From assembly GCA_964502085.1 (NCBI GenBank), contig CAZCUZ010000004.1, positions 278 to 64,277 on the forward strand: a stretch of DNA of 64,000 nucleotides, given 5' to 3'. Under the pieces are notes generated by a model. The model ran no database searches. It saw nothing but the letters and a program-made list of their open reading frames with translations, and had not been told where the DNA came from. Made by a program: the position numbers and the translations under genes. Source of the DNA: an uncultured Salinivenus sp. GTDB lineage: Bacteria; Bacteroidota; Rhodothermia; Rhodothermales; Salinibacteraceae. This document shows, piece after piece, positions 48,382 through 58,411 of the stretch (position 1 is the first letter of the stretch; every line of letters starts with the position of its first letter).

Positions 48382-49587
48382 TCAGTTGTCGCTGCCGGAA
48401 CGGTCGGGAGACGAGTCCGAGGGGGGGCTGGACGAGACGGTCGCTTCGGACTCCTCGTTTGTGACGGGGGCCTCGTCCGGTGGAGGGGGAGACGGGACAT
48501 CTTCCTTTCGGGTATCCCGGGAGGAGACGCGTTCGAGGGCTTCTTCGGAAACCATCCCGAGCTCTCGCGCGCGCTTGAACCACTGTTTCCGGGCGAGGGC
48601 CTGCATGTCCTCGACCGAGTCGGCCTCGTCGACGATCTCAAGCCCGAGGAGCGTCTCGACGACGTCCTCCATCGTCACGACGCCCGCCACGCCGCCGTAC
48701 TCGTCCACGACGAGGGCAATGTGTTCGAGGCGATCCAGCAGGCGTTCGAGCAGGTCGGGCAGGGGAAGGGATTCCCGCACGACGAGGATCTCACGAGACA
48801 TCTCGTCAAGGGACACTTCGAGCTCCTCCTGGGCTGCTCGCAGCAGCATTTCGTCCTTCAGCACGTACCCGGTAACGTCGTCCGGGTTGTCGTTGTAGAC
48901 CGGAATGCGGGAGAACCGGAACTCGTCGTGCTCCTCCACGACCTCTCCGATGGTTTTGTCCTCCGGCAGGTCGAAGACGACCGTCCGCGGCGTCATCACG
49001 TCCTTCACCCGGAGCGAGTTGAACCGGAAGAGGTTGCGCAGAATGCGCGACTCCTTCTCTTCGAAGACGCCTTCCTCTTCGCCGAGTTCTGCCATCGCGG
49101 TAAATTCTTCCCGACTAAAGGCCGCTTCGTCCTCGTCCTGAGACAGCAGATACGTGAGCCCCTGCGAGAGTTTGACGAGGGGCCACATGAGAATGATCGT
49201 CGGGACCAGGATGCGCACGATGGCCGGGGCGATGGTTCTCCAATAGACCGCCCCGAGCGTTTTCGGAATAATTTCGGACAGGACCAGGATGAGCATCGTG
49301 AGGACGGCTGCAATGACGCCTGCGTAGGCTTCGCCGAAGACGATGGCGCCCTGTGCACCGGCTCCGGTTGCCCCCACCGTGTGAGCGATGGTGTTGAGGC
49401 TCAAAATGGCCGAGAGCGGACGATCGATGTTCTCCTTCATGTTGTGCAACCGCTCTCCAGTGGCGTTACCCTCGCGTTCGAGAGCGGCCACGTACGACGG
49501 TGTTACACTCAGCAGCACGGCCTCCATGACCGAGCACAAAAACGACACGCCGAGGGCGAGCGCTACGTAAACGAGGAGTAAGCCCAT
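48382..49587 (-). CDS. CNNM/DUF21-CBS membrane protein
   Basis: SFLCSVMEAVLLS, SEIIPKTLG, VMTPR, FSRIPV, VDEYGG. Confidence 0.9.
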   Translation of the reverse strand: MGLLLVYVALALGVSFLCSVMEAVLLSVTPSYVAALEREGNATGERLHNMKENIDRPLSAILSLNTIAHTVGATGAGAQGAIVFGEAYAGVIAAVLTMLILVLSEIIPKTLGAVYWRTIAPAIVRILVPTIILMWPLVKLSQGLTYLLSQDEDEAAFSREEFTAMAELGEEEGVFEEKESRILRNLFRFNSLRVKDVMTPRTVVFDLPEDKTIGEVVEEHDEFRFSRIPVYNDNPDDVTGYVLKDEMLLRAAQEELEVSLDEMSREILVVRESLPLPDLLERLLDRLEHIALVVDEYGGVAGVVTMEDVVETLLGLEIVDEADSVEDMQALARKQWFKRARELGMVSEEALERVSSRDTRKEDVPSPPPPDEAPVTNEESEATVSSSPPSDSSPDRSGSDN

Positions 49588-50127
49588 TCGGGGAAGGGGA
49601 ACTGCTCACGTACCAGTGAAAGGAAGAGGTCAGAGCTTCGTCTGACCCTACTTCTCTGGTTCGAGAAGATTCAAAAAGGGAGGGCGGGGTCCGGTTCTCC
49701 GGGGCACGGTGTCGTGGTGACGAGATTGGTAGCGGCCTTTACGGGGAGGATGTCTTCCTTCCTGGGTTCGATTCGCCCCATACTATGCACGCTCGTTCGG
49801 CCGTGACCCCAGCGGTTTCGTCGTTCGAAGCCGGGTTACGGTTCCTGAAAGGGGTTGGGGGCGAGGCTGCATCCATCCGCTCGACACGTCTCATTCGTTC
49901 ATTCGCTGATTGGGTTCCTGTACGTACGACATTTTTCGGGTTGGGTTTTGTATTCACGCTCGACGGGACGAGGATCGGAGGGGCGGGGCGGAAAGAACGG
50001 ATGTCGTTCAGATCAATCCCGTGCATTGCGGTACAGAAAGAGGGGCCACCGTGCAGTCGGATCAACGAGGGTCTATGCGTGTGCCAGAAAGATCCGCGTG
50101 TCTCGTTCGACGACGGTCGATTCCGTT

Positions 50128-50466
50128 ATGCCGTTTGCGTCCCTTGACGACCTCGATCGCACAGAAGAAATGCCCGGCTTCCTGGGTGCGTTTTTGCATT
50201 CGGACAACATGACGGTGGCGAGCTGGTCGGTGGACGCCGGGGCTACGTTTCCGGAGCACGCGCATCCGCACGAGCAGATTTCGGTCGTGACGGAGGGGAA
50301 GTTCGAACTCACGATTGACGGGGAAACGGACGTGCTTCGTCCGGGTCGGATTGCCGTCATTCCCTCTGACACGATTCACTCGGGGCGGGCCGTCACGGAT
50401 TGCGCGATTATCGACGTGTTCAGTCCGGTTCGAGAGGATTATCGGCAAACGTCCGCGTCAGGGTAG
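50128..50466 (+). CDS. Cupin domain protein
   Basis: HAHPHEQ, IPSDTIHS, DVFSPVREDY. Confidence 0.88.
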   Translation: MPFASLDDLDRTEEMPGFLGAFLHSDNMTVASWSVDAGATFPEHAHPHEQISVVTEGKFELTIDGETDVLRPGRIAVIPSDTIHSGRAVTDCAIIDVFSPVREDYRQTSASG

Positions 50467-50568
50467 TGGGTGAGAGAGGCGGAGGGGCGATCAAATGGCA
50501 TCCGGCCCCTAAAATAAAAGAGGATTTCCGTGTCGAGTGTGATCATTTCGTGTAAAGCAGTGATTCGC

Positions 50569-50597
50569 TTGACATCGACCCTGGCAAGCAGTACCGT
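50569..50597 (+). promoter_or_regulatory. Sigma70-type promoter candidate for the leader and CM-DAHP synthase
   Basis: TTGACA-N17-TACCGT ending 10 nt before the leader ATG. Confidence 0.5.
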
Positions 50598-50607
50598 CTG
50601 AGCAGTC

Positions 50608-50748
50608 ATGAATGCACTCGCCTCCACGTTCGCCGCGCCTTCAGCGTCCGACGACATCGTCGGTGCTTCGGGAGGACTGTACGCGTTTGTCTTTTTCTAC
50701 CTGGGCTACGCGTATTTTTATTTCTATTCTCTGGCCGGCGACACGTAG
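50608..50748 (+). CDS. Phe/Tyr-rich attenuator leader peptide (46 aa)
   Basis: MNALASTFAAPSASDDIVGASGGLYAFVFFYLGYAYFYFYSLAGDT*; 11 of codons 25-40 are Phe or Tyr. Confidence 0.85.
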   Translation: MNALASTFAAPSASDDIVGASGGLYAFVFFYLGYAYFYFYSLAGDT

Positions 50749-50780
50749 GACGAGTTCTGCAACGTTCCCTTTGTTCTGCG

Positions 50781-50818
50781 ACCCGCCGGCCCGCATCCAC
50801 GGCCCCGGCGGGTTTTTT
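50781..50818 (+). terminator. Attenuator terminator
   Basis: ACCCGCCGG...CCGGCGGGT followed by a T-run; alternative pairing of 50733-50740 with 50784-50791. Confidence 0.85.
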
Positions 50819-50892
50819 GCGTGTGGGCCTGTGGGATGCACTCCGGCGGTTCTCCGCCCGACGATTCTCACTACGAACTGGAGATCCCGCTC

Positions 50893-52119
50893 ATGTCCAC
50901 CACTGCCACCACGCCCCTCGAAGAGGCCCGCGACCGCATCGACGAGATTGATCGGCGCTTCGTCGAACTGCTCGCCGAACGCTACGCGGTCGTCGATGAC
51001 ATCTGCGAGATGAAGGAGAAGGACGGCGATTTGGTAAAGGATCCGGATCGAGAAGCCGAGCTGCTCGCCCACGTCTCCCGGATTGCCGAGGATAACGACC
51101 TTTCTCCGGCACTCGTCCGTCGGCTCTACGACGAAATTCTATCGCACTCGGTCGACCGTCAGCACGAGCAACGAGCATCGTTGGACGGCGGGGCGGAGTC
51201 GCCCGAGGTCGAGGAAACGACGACCGATCCCCCGTACGATGGGGCTACCAATGGCCGGGTCAAACCGACACCCGCGTCTTCGGCCGCGCCTCTTTCTCCC
51301 CCGGAGGGAGCCTCGGAAGATCGTCCCTACCACGAGGTGGCCCGCGATGCCCGTTCCGACGACACTGTGATTTCCGTCGGAGACGCAACGATTGGCGGAG
51401 AGCAGCCGGTGCTTATCGCCGGACCGTGCTCGGTCGAGTCGCGAGAGCAAATTCACCGCTCGGCCGAAGCGGTGGCCGAGGCCGGCGGGCACCTGCTCCG
51501 GGGCGGATGCTTCAAGCCGCGGACCTCGCCGTACTCTTTTCAGGGGCTGGGGGAGGAGGGGCTCGACCTGCTCGCAGAGGCGGGGAGCCGCTTCGACCTG
51601 CCGGTCATTACGGAGGTTCTTGCGCCCGGAGACGTGGGGGCAGTGGCGGCTCGGGCGGACGTCCTTCAAATTGGGGCGCGCAACATGCAGAACTTTCCGC
51701 TGCTGAAGGCCGTGGGCGCGTCCGACCGCCCCGTGATGCTGAAGCGCGGCATGATGGCCACGGTTGAAGAGTGGCTGGCCGCAGCCGAGTACGTCGTGGG
51801 GCACGGCAACCCTCGCGTTTTCCTCTGCGAGCGCGGGATTCAGACGTTCACGTCGGCCACGCGCTACACGCTCGACCTCTCGTCGGTACCGGTGGCACAG
51901 GAGCGCACACACCTTCCCGTCGTCGTCGATCCCTCCCACGCAGCCGGCACGCGGCGCTGGGTCCCGCCCCTCGTCCGAGCGGCACTGGGCGTGGGGGCCG
52001 ACGGCGTGATGGTCGAGGCTCACCCGAATCCCGAGGAGGCGCTCAGCGACGGTCCCCAGTCCCTCGTTCTCGAAGAACTGGACGCCATCGGGCGACTGTT
52101 CGCCCGGGCGTCTGCCTGA
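50893..52119 (+). CDS. Chorismate mutase (AroQ) - DAHP synthase (type I-beta) fusion
   Basis: N-terminal [10 protein letters not shown]...DPDRE; [35 protein letters not shown]. Confidence 0.92.
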   Translation: MSTTATTPLEEARDRIDEIDRRFVELLAERYAVVDDICEMKEKDGDLVKDPDREAELLAHVSRIAEDNDLSPALVRRLYDEILSHSVDRQHEQRASLDGGAESPEVEETTTDPPYDGATNGRVKPTPASSAAPLSPPEGASEDRPYHEVARDARSDDTVISVGDATIGGEQPVLIAGPCSVESREQIHRSAEAVAEAGGHLLRGGCFKPRTSPYSFQGLGEEGLDLLAEAGSRFDLPVITEVLAPGDVGAVAARADVLQIGARNMQNFPLLKAVGASDRPVMLKRGMMATVEEWLAAAEYVVGHGNPRVFLCERGIQTFTSATRYTLDLSSVPVAQERTHLPVVVDPSHAAGTRRWVPPLVRAALGVGADGVMVEAHPNPEEALSDGPQSLVLEELDAIGRLFARASA

Positions 52120-52193
52120 GACGGACTCGGAATCTCACGCGCTGGACGTTCATTCAAGCGCCGTCGCGTCTCTCAACAGAAGGATTTCCGTCC

Positions 52194-52628
52194 ATGAGCC
52201 CGCCGAACGAGGAGCCGCCGGACTTTATTCCGGAGTACGACAAGCCGGATGCCCCCGGCATCCACATGAACTTCGACAACACCGTTTCTCTCTACCACAT
52301 CATTGAGGAGGGAGACGACTTCGAAACGGCGGCCCACGACATCTTCGACCTGCTCTCCGAGGCGCAGGAGGAGTTTCCGGACTGGCCGCGGGTCTTTTAC
52401 CTCGACATCGAGGATCACGTCCGCGACGATGGTCGGCTGGAGGAAGACATGGTGGAGCTCCAACAGGAGTTTTTGATCGCGGCGATGGGCAAGTTCTTTA
52501 CGGCCCTCGCCATGCCGCTCGTCTCCGTGGTCAACCCGGAGGATCAGGTCAACGACCTGCCCGACGAGCTCGTGTTGCAGCCCCCGGACGCTGATCTGCC
52601 CGAGGACACGGCCTGGCCGAAGGAATAG
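52194..52628 (+). CDS. Acidic hypothetical protein
   Basis: Host-like codon usage from ATG 52194. Confidence 0.75.
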   Translation: MSPPNEEPPDFIPEYDKPDAPGIHMNFDNTVSLYHIIEEGDDFETAAHDIFDLLSEAQEEFPDWPRVFYLDIEDHVRDDGRLEEDMVELQQEFLIAAMGKFFTALAMPLVSVVNPEDQVNDLPDELVLQPPDADLPEDTAWPKE

Positions 52629-52882
52629 TCGGCCGGGAGGGACTCCTGGACTGCGGCGGGAGACGTGGAGGAACCGCCCATCGGTCCGGCGTCCTCATCC
52701 CGTTGTGGCGGAGGAGGCTCGCATGGCGGATCTGGGGATGTTGCCCTCGCGCGTTCTTGTATCAACCCCGGATGCTTCGTTGAGGGGTGGACGTCTGGAG
52801 GAAGGGACGTTTGGACGGGCTTTGCCTCCACGCGTCCACACATTCATCCTTCCATACCCGACTCCTGCAAACGGATTCGGTA

Positions 52883-55849
52883 TTAGTTCCCTCCGGGAGA
52901 GGGAGCCGGGGTGGCACCTCCACCCTGTGGAAGTTGCATGGGCATTCCCTGTTGGCCGCCCCCTGCAGTATCCCCCTCCAGTCCGTAGGCCCGTCGAATG
53001 CGCTGGGGGACGCTGTAAGGCGCCTCGGCGAGGAGGGCATCCAGCTCCTGGTCGAAGGTGTCCAGGGCCGCTTGCTGGTCGGCCTGGACGAACGCCTTGC
53101 GCACCCGACCGGCGTAGAAGAGCGCGCGGCTAAACTGCCGCTGAGTGCTGGCTGTGCGCAGCTCGTTGAAGATGACGGGCTGGGCCTCCTGCAGGACCGA
53201 CGCGAGCTTGTCGGGGGCGTCGATCGCCCGGTAGGCGCGGGCCGTAAACATCAGGGTCTGGACGTCGCCCGGGATTGTCGAGAAGGGGACGTTCTCCGTG
53301 AAGTCGTTTAGGAGGGTTTGTCCTCGCTCCGTGTGACCCGTTCGGGCCAGGCGCTCGGCCGCGTGGGAAAAGTGGAGGCGGTAGCCGTCCACCATGCGTC
53401 GGGCATTCTCGTTGTAGTAGGCCGACGAGTCGGCCAGGTTCGTAAACCGAAACTCCGACATTCGTTCGTCGGTGAGGCCGGGGATGACGCGGCCCAGGGG
53501 CTGCTTGTGTTTGATGGGGAGCACGCGGTAGGCCTGTCCTTCCAGCTGGAAGTAGTTCTGCAGGTTTAATTGCCCGGACTGAGCGACCGTGACGGCAAAG
53601 TACATGGGCCGCTCCCACTCATTCTGCGCGTTGGTGCGGAGCATGTTGTAGACCGTGAGATCGGCCGCCTGCAGAAGGTTTTGTTCCTCATTGTACTGGC
53701 GGCCCTCGAGACGCCACGTCATCGGGCTTTCGAGAGCGGCGGTGTCCGCGTCGGTGTCCGGGAGGTAGGGCTCGAGACGCGACTGCAGCGCCGAGGTCTG
53801 GACGGGAAGCTTGACCTGTCGCGGCTTCCAGGCCCGGGGGCGAATGTTTTGTATCTGCTTGTCCGGCATGGAGATGGGCAGCGGCTCGGACTCGTAGGTT
53901 GCGTGGTCTTTAAGCTGCCGGATGTACCAGGGGGTATTGAGCAGCGAGAGATTGACGACCCGTACGTCCGTCCGCACCCCCTCGACCTCCTGCAGGTACC
54001 AGAGCGGATAGGTGTCGTTGTCGCCGTTGGTAAAGATGATGGCGTCTTCAGCCACGCTGGTCAGCATGTTGTGGGCGTAGTCCCGCGCCACGTAGTTCTC
54101 CGAGCGGTCGTGGTCGCCGTAGTTTTGCAGAGTCATCCAGCCCGGCACGGTGAGGAAGACGAGGAGCCCCGTCCCCAGCAGCGGAAGCGCCTGGGCGAGG
54201 GAGGCCGTGGTGTCCTTAATGGATTCGTAGACCATTTGGAGAAGGCCGCCGGCGCCAATGCCGACCCACAGGCTGAAGGCGAGGAAGCTTCCGACGTAGG
54301 AATAGTCCCGCTCGCGGGGTTGCATCGGCGTCTGGTTGAGGTAGATGATGATGCCGATGCCCGTGACGAAAAAGAGGATGAAGACGCTGAAGGCGCGTCG
54401 CCAGTCCTGGTTGAAGTGGTAGAAGGCCCCAAACAGCCCGAGGAGGAGGGGCAGGGCAAAGTAGACGTTTTTGGCCTCCTTCTGGCTGGGGGTCTGACGG
54501 AGGCGCTCCGTGTTGGCGTGCTGATCCAGGAGCGGAATGCCGGTCATCCAGCTTGCGCCCTGCACGTCACTGGTACGGCCGGCAAAGTTCCAGAGAAAGT
54601 ACCGGACGTACATGTACCCGATCTGATAGTCGAGGAAGAAGGCCAGATCGGAGTCGTAGCGGTCGTAGACCCGGTGGTGCTGAGGATTCGTCGAGTGCCG
54701 GCGGGGGAACAGAGAGCTGCCGTCGCGGGGGACGCGGCCGGCGTCGTCGTCGTACGAGGCGCCGCTGAGGAGGGGCGTGGCTCCGTACTGCTCGCGTTCG
54801 AGGTAGTCGATGAAGCGCTCGATGTTGTCCGGGTCGTTCATGTCGATGGAGGGCTCGGTGGCGCTCCGGACGAAGACGAGCGCGTAGGATCCGTAGCCGA
54901 TGAGGATGACCGCGAGGCAGAGGAAGCCGAGGTTGGCCATCGGCATGCGGCGGCGGTGCGTGGCGTAGATGGCGTACGCGACGAGGCCGGCGATGGCGAT
55001 GGCGGCGAAGAAGGGGGCGCCCGTGGCGTCAAAGACCTTGGGAAGGCCCTTTACGAGGCCGGGGTAAATGGCCAGGAAGATGGCGGACGAGATGGCTCCG
55101 ACGAGTCCAATGCGCAGCCACCGCTGCTGCGGCGTCCAGTCCTCGCGGTCGAACTCCGTGAAGAAGACGATGAGGGCGACGAAGAAGAAGGCGAGGAGGC
55201 TCAGCAGGTGAACGCCGATCGCCATGCCGAACAGGGCGGCGATTAAAACGAGGTACCGGTTGGCGTCGAGCCGGAAGAGGTGACTTCCTTTTCCTTTGAG
55301 GAGCTCTTCTTCTTTGCGCGCCGCCTCGCTCCAGCGCAGGACGAGCCACACGACGAGGGCCGTAAAGAAGGTGGAGAGGGCATACACCTCGGCGATGCCC
55401 GCGTTGAACCAGAAGGAGTCGGTTGCCGCGAAGGTGAGAGCGCCGACCACGCCGCTCACGAGGGCGATGACGTACTGGCCCGTCGAGACCTCCTCCCGGG
55501 CTCCCTGCCAGCGCCGGACGAGCCGGACGATGATGAGGTGGGTGAGCATCACCGTCCCGGTGCTCGCGAGCACCGAAATCGTGTTGACGGCCAGGGCGAC
55601 GGTTTCGTTCGACGGGGCGAACATGGAAAAGAGGCGCCCCAGGAGGAGGTAGAACGGTGCTCCCGGCGGGTGCATCACCTGCAGCTTGAACACGCTGGCG
55701 ATGCGTTCTCCGGGGTCCCAGAAGGAGACCGTGGGGGCCATGGTCGATATGTACAGGCCCAGGGCCCAGAGAAAGACGAACCCAGCCGTGAGGCGGTCAA
55801 TCCACTTCCGATTCATGTGGTCGAAGGGAACGGTGATACGTGAAAACAT
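52883..55849 (-). CDS. DUF2723 family multi-TM GT-C glycosyltransferase-like protein
   Basis: TVSFWDPGE, HPPGAP, AEVY, GVHLL, PRERDY, FTNGDNDTYPLWY; the start may be 55816. Confidence 0.88.
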   Translation of the reverse strand: MFSRITVPFDHMNRKWIDRLTAGFVFLWALGLYISTMAPTVSFWDPGERIASVFKLQVMHPPGAPFYLLLGRLFSMFAPSNETVALAVNTISVLASTGTVMLTHLIIVRLVRRWQGAREEVSTGQYVIALVSGVVGALTFAATDSFWFNAGIAEVYALSTFFTALVVWLVLRWSEAARKEEELLKGKGSHLFRLDANRYLVLIAALFGMAIGVHLLSLLAFFFVALIVFFTEFDREDWTPQQRWLRIGLVGAISSAIFLAIYPGLVKGLPKVFDATGAPFFAAIAIAGLVAYAIYATHRRRMPMANLGFLCLAVILIGYGSYALVFVRSATEPSIDMNDPDNIERFIDYLEREQYGATPLLSGASYDDDAGRVPRDGSSLFPRRHSTNPQHHRVYDRYDSDLAFFLDYQIGYMYVRYFLWNFAGRTSDVQGASWMTGIPLLDQHANTERLRQTPSQKEAKNVYFALPLLLGLFGAFYHFNQDWRRAFSVFILFFVTGIGIIIYLNQTPMQPRERDYSYVGSFLAFSLWVGIGAGGLLQMVYESIKDTTASLAQALPLLGTGLLVFLTVPGWMTLQNYGDHDRSENYVARDYAHNMLTSVAEDAIIFTNGDNDTYPLWYLQEVEGVRTDVRVVNLSLLNTPWYIRQLKDHATYESEPLPISMPDKQIQNIRPRAWKPRQVKLPVQTSALQSRLEPYLPDTDADTAALESPMTWRLEGRQYNEEQNLLQAADLTVYNMLRTNAQNEWERPMYFAVTVAQSGQLNLQNYFQLEGQAYRVLPIKHKQPLGRVIPGLTDERMSEFRFTNLADSSAYYNENARRMVDGYRLHFSHAAERLARTGHTERGQTLLNDFTENVPFSTIPGDVQTLMFTARAYRAIDAPDKLASVLQEAQPVIFNELRTASTQRQFSRALFYAGRVRKAFVQADQQAALDTFDQELDALLAEAPYSVPQRIRRAYGLEGDTAGGGQQGMPMQLPQGGGATPAPSPGGN

Positions 55850-55877
55850 TCGTTTGCGGAGGGGAAAACGGGCCTAA

Positions 55878-56005
55878 GGAATTATCTCAAAACGACCAAG
55901 TTGCCCAGAAACGAGCTCGAGACTTTGCCCAAAAGGACAATTATTGCATCTGATGTTCCTCAATCAAACCGAAACTGGTACGCTGAATTCTATTGAGATA
56001 ATTCC
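55878..56005. mobile_element. Solo MITE (128 bp), same TIR family as MITE A
   Basis: Perfect 13-bp TIR GGAATTATCTCAA / TTGAGATAATTCC; TAA duplication at 55875-55877 and 56006-56008 within CCTAAGG; AT-rich interior. Confidence 0.9.
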
Positions 56006-56107
56006 TAAGGCGACGGGGTTTCCACTCGCTCTGGGGGCGTCAATCAAGGACGGGAGGCCCTGTTCGTGGGGACGAAGGGCGTGGGAGAGGCCCTTTGGGG
56101 AAACCGT

Positions 56108-56776
56108 TCAATCGATTCCGTCAACGACGACGACGCATTCTCCTCGCACCTGTTCGTACGCCGCAAAATACGCCCGGACGTCCTGGAGCGTTCCACGTTC
56201 GATTTCCTCGTATTTCTTCGTGAGTTCGCGGGCAACGGCCGCCCGGCGGTCGGCGCCAAAGTGCTCGATGAGGTCGTCGAGCGTGCGGAGGAGGCGATGG
56301 GGAGACTCGTAGAGGACGAGGGTGCGCGGTTCCGTGGAGAGCGCCTCGAGGCGAGTTTGGCGGCCTTTTTTCTTGGGGAGAAATCCCTCAAACGCAAATC
56401 GGTCGGACGGAAGCCCGCTGGCCGTCAGGGCCGGAATGACGGCAGTGGGACCGGGGAGGGCCTGCACCTCGACGTCTTCGTTCCAGCAGGCCCGGGTGAG
56501 GTAGAATCCCGGATCGGAGATTCCCGGGGATCCGGCGTCACTGATGAGCGCGACGTCGTGTCCTGCGCGCATGCGCTTGATGAGCCGAGGGGTCTTTTTG
56601 TGCTCGTTGTGTTCGTGATAGCTGGTGGTGGGGGTGTCGACGTCGTAGTGGTCCAGGAGAACGCCCGAGGTGCGCGTGTCCTCGCAGGCAATCAGGTCCA
56701 CCGTTTGAAGGACCTGGACGGCCCGGTACGTCACGTCCGCGAGGTTGCCGATCGGGGTGGGAACGAGATACAGCAC
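56108..56776 (-). CDS. rsmI: 16S rRNA C1402 2'-O-methyltransferase
   Basis: LYLVPTPIGNL, CEDTR, SDAGSPGISDPG, YESPHR, RELTK. Confidence 0.94.
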   Translation of the reverse strand: MLYLVPTPIGNLADVTYRAVQVLQTVDLIACEDTRTSGVLLDHYDVDTPTTSYHEHNEHKKTPRLIKRMRAGHDVALISDAGSPGISDPGFYLTRACWNEDVEVQALPGPTAVIPALTASGLPSDRFAFEGFLPKKKGRQTRLEALSTEPRTLVLYESPHRLLRTLDDLIEHFGADRRAAVARELTKKYEEIERGTLQDVRAYFAAYEQVRGECVVVVDGID

Positions 56777-56813
56777 AGCGGCAGGGGGAAGAGCAGGGAG
56801 AGCGTGCGGCCGG

Positions 56814-58256
56814 TTAGTCGTCGGACCAAAGCCACGTCCAGAGGCGCCGTCGGAGGGGAGGCGTTGCTCCGAGGTCGAGCACCACGTAGACCAGGAGCCC
56901 GACCCCGACCCCGGACATGATGAGATTGGCAATCCACATGCCGATCCAGGGCGGAAAGAAGCCCCGCTCGGAAAGCTTTTCGCCCTGCACGAGGGTGATC
57001 CAGTAAAACATGAAGATTCCCAGGGCGACGGCGCCGATGATCGCGAGGCCGCTTCGGCGCAGGGCCAGTCCGAGGGGGGCCCCAATTACCATGAAGATGA
57101 GGCAGGCGACGGCGATCGAAAACTTTTTGTGGATCTCGACCTGATAGCTTCGGAGACGCCGATCCTTCCACTCCGTGTCCCGGCTGATGTTTTGAAGGTC
57201 GGACCGCACCGAACGGGCCTTCGTCTTGGCCTGTGCGAGCACCCGCTGCCGGAAGGAGTCGTCCAGGCCGGAGAGGGCGAGAAGGTCGTCGTTCTGGGGA
57301 CGTCCGCCGTGCGAAGGCCACGTCGCAGTGACGGGGGCGGCCGAGTCCGGAGGGACGGACGAGTCGAAAAAGAGGGTCGAGCGGGTGTTCGCAAAGAGAG
57401 AATCGTAGTCGGCGTAGAGGTCCGTTTGCAGTGAATCGGTGACGTCCAGGAGGCCGGTCAGGGGCGTGGTTCGGGTCGACCGGCTGCCGTCGTCATTTTC
57501 CGAACGAGAGAAGACAGCCTCCGAGAGGTTGAAGTGGATGACGTGTCGCTCGAATTGCATCTCCTCGTACCGAGGCGCCGCGCTCGGGGAGCGGGAGGGG
57601 AGCGGGCGGTGCATTTCTCCGTCTTCCAGGACGAGGGTGAGACGAGCGCCTCCATCCTGCGACTGAATGCGGCCCCGATCGGCTTTGAGGACGGCCTGTT
57701 GGTCGCGGCCGTCTGTATAGTCGTAAATCGTGACGTCGATGAGCCGGTTCGAGCCGGCGGGACGGTCCTGAACCAGGATGCTGTAGTTCTCCACGCCGTC
57801 GTAGAAGACGCCCGGTTGGAGTTCGAAGCCGGGTCGCTTGTTTCGGATGTCGCTCCAGAGTTGACGGACGCGAAAGTTGGCTTCCGGGAGCATCACATTG
57901 TTGAAGTAAAGCAACCCGCCTCCCACCAGGAGCGCCGAAAGGAGGGCCGGCCAGACGATCTCTCCAAATGAAATCCCCGTGCTCTTGATAACGGTGTAGT
58001 ACTGCGACTCGGCGAGCCCGCCGAAGGCCATGAGGGCGGCCAGCAGGACGGACATCGGTACTGCCAGCACGATCATGTAGGCCAGATTGTAGACGATGAG
58101 TTCGACGATCACCGTCACGGGAATTCCTTTGCCGGCAATTTCGGGCAGCCACCGGATCAGGAACTGCATGAGCAGCAAGAAGATCAGGATGCCCAGCCAG
58201 CCGAGGAACGGTCCGGGCAGCCGACGCAGAATGAGCCAGTGCAGACGTCGCAGCAT
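56814..58256 (-). CDS. LptF/LptG family permease
   Basis: 3 TM + periplasmic domain + 3 TM; LAVPMSVL, EIHKKFSI, IGAPLG. Confidence 0.88.
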   Translation of the reverse strand: MLRRLHWLILRRLPGPFLGWLGILIFLLLMQFLIRWLPEIAGKGIPVTVIVELIVYNLAYMIVLAVPMSVLLAALMAFGGLAESQYYTVIKSTGISFGEIVWPALLSALLVGGGLLYFNNVMLPEANFRVRQLWSDIRNKRPGFELQPGVFYDGVENYSILVQDRPAGSNRLIDVTIYDYTDGRDQQAVLKADRGRIQSQDGGARLTLVLEDGEMHRPLPSRSPSAAPRYEEMQFERHVIHFNLSEAVFSRSENDDGSRSTRTTPLTGLLDVTDSLQTDLYADYDSLFANTRSTLFFDSSVPPDSAAPVTATWPSHGGRPQNDDLLALSGLDDSFRQRVLAQAKTKARSVRSDLQNISRDTEWKDRRLRSYQVEIHKKFSIAVACLIFMVIGAPLGLALRRSGLAIIGAVALGIFMFYWITLVQGEKLSERGFFPPWIGMWIANLIMSGVGVGLLVYVVLDLGATPPLRRRLWTWLWSDD

Positions 58257-58411
58257 AGAGAGCGCATTTGGAGGGGCCTTCGAGGCTCAGACATCTGCTA
58301 ACGCCGGGCCCAAAGGGCGTGTTCGGGACGGGAGGGTTGGATCTTTCTGTGCGAGTGGCAATTGAGAGGAGTGTTGATCGAACTCCTTCAGTACGACTTG
58401 CGGGCCGCTCC

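Noticed and set aside
50551-50568. TyrR box (TGTAAA half-site)
   Set aside because: The second half-site TTTACA is missing.
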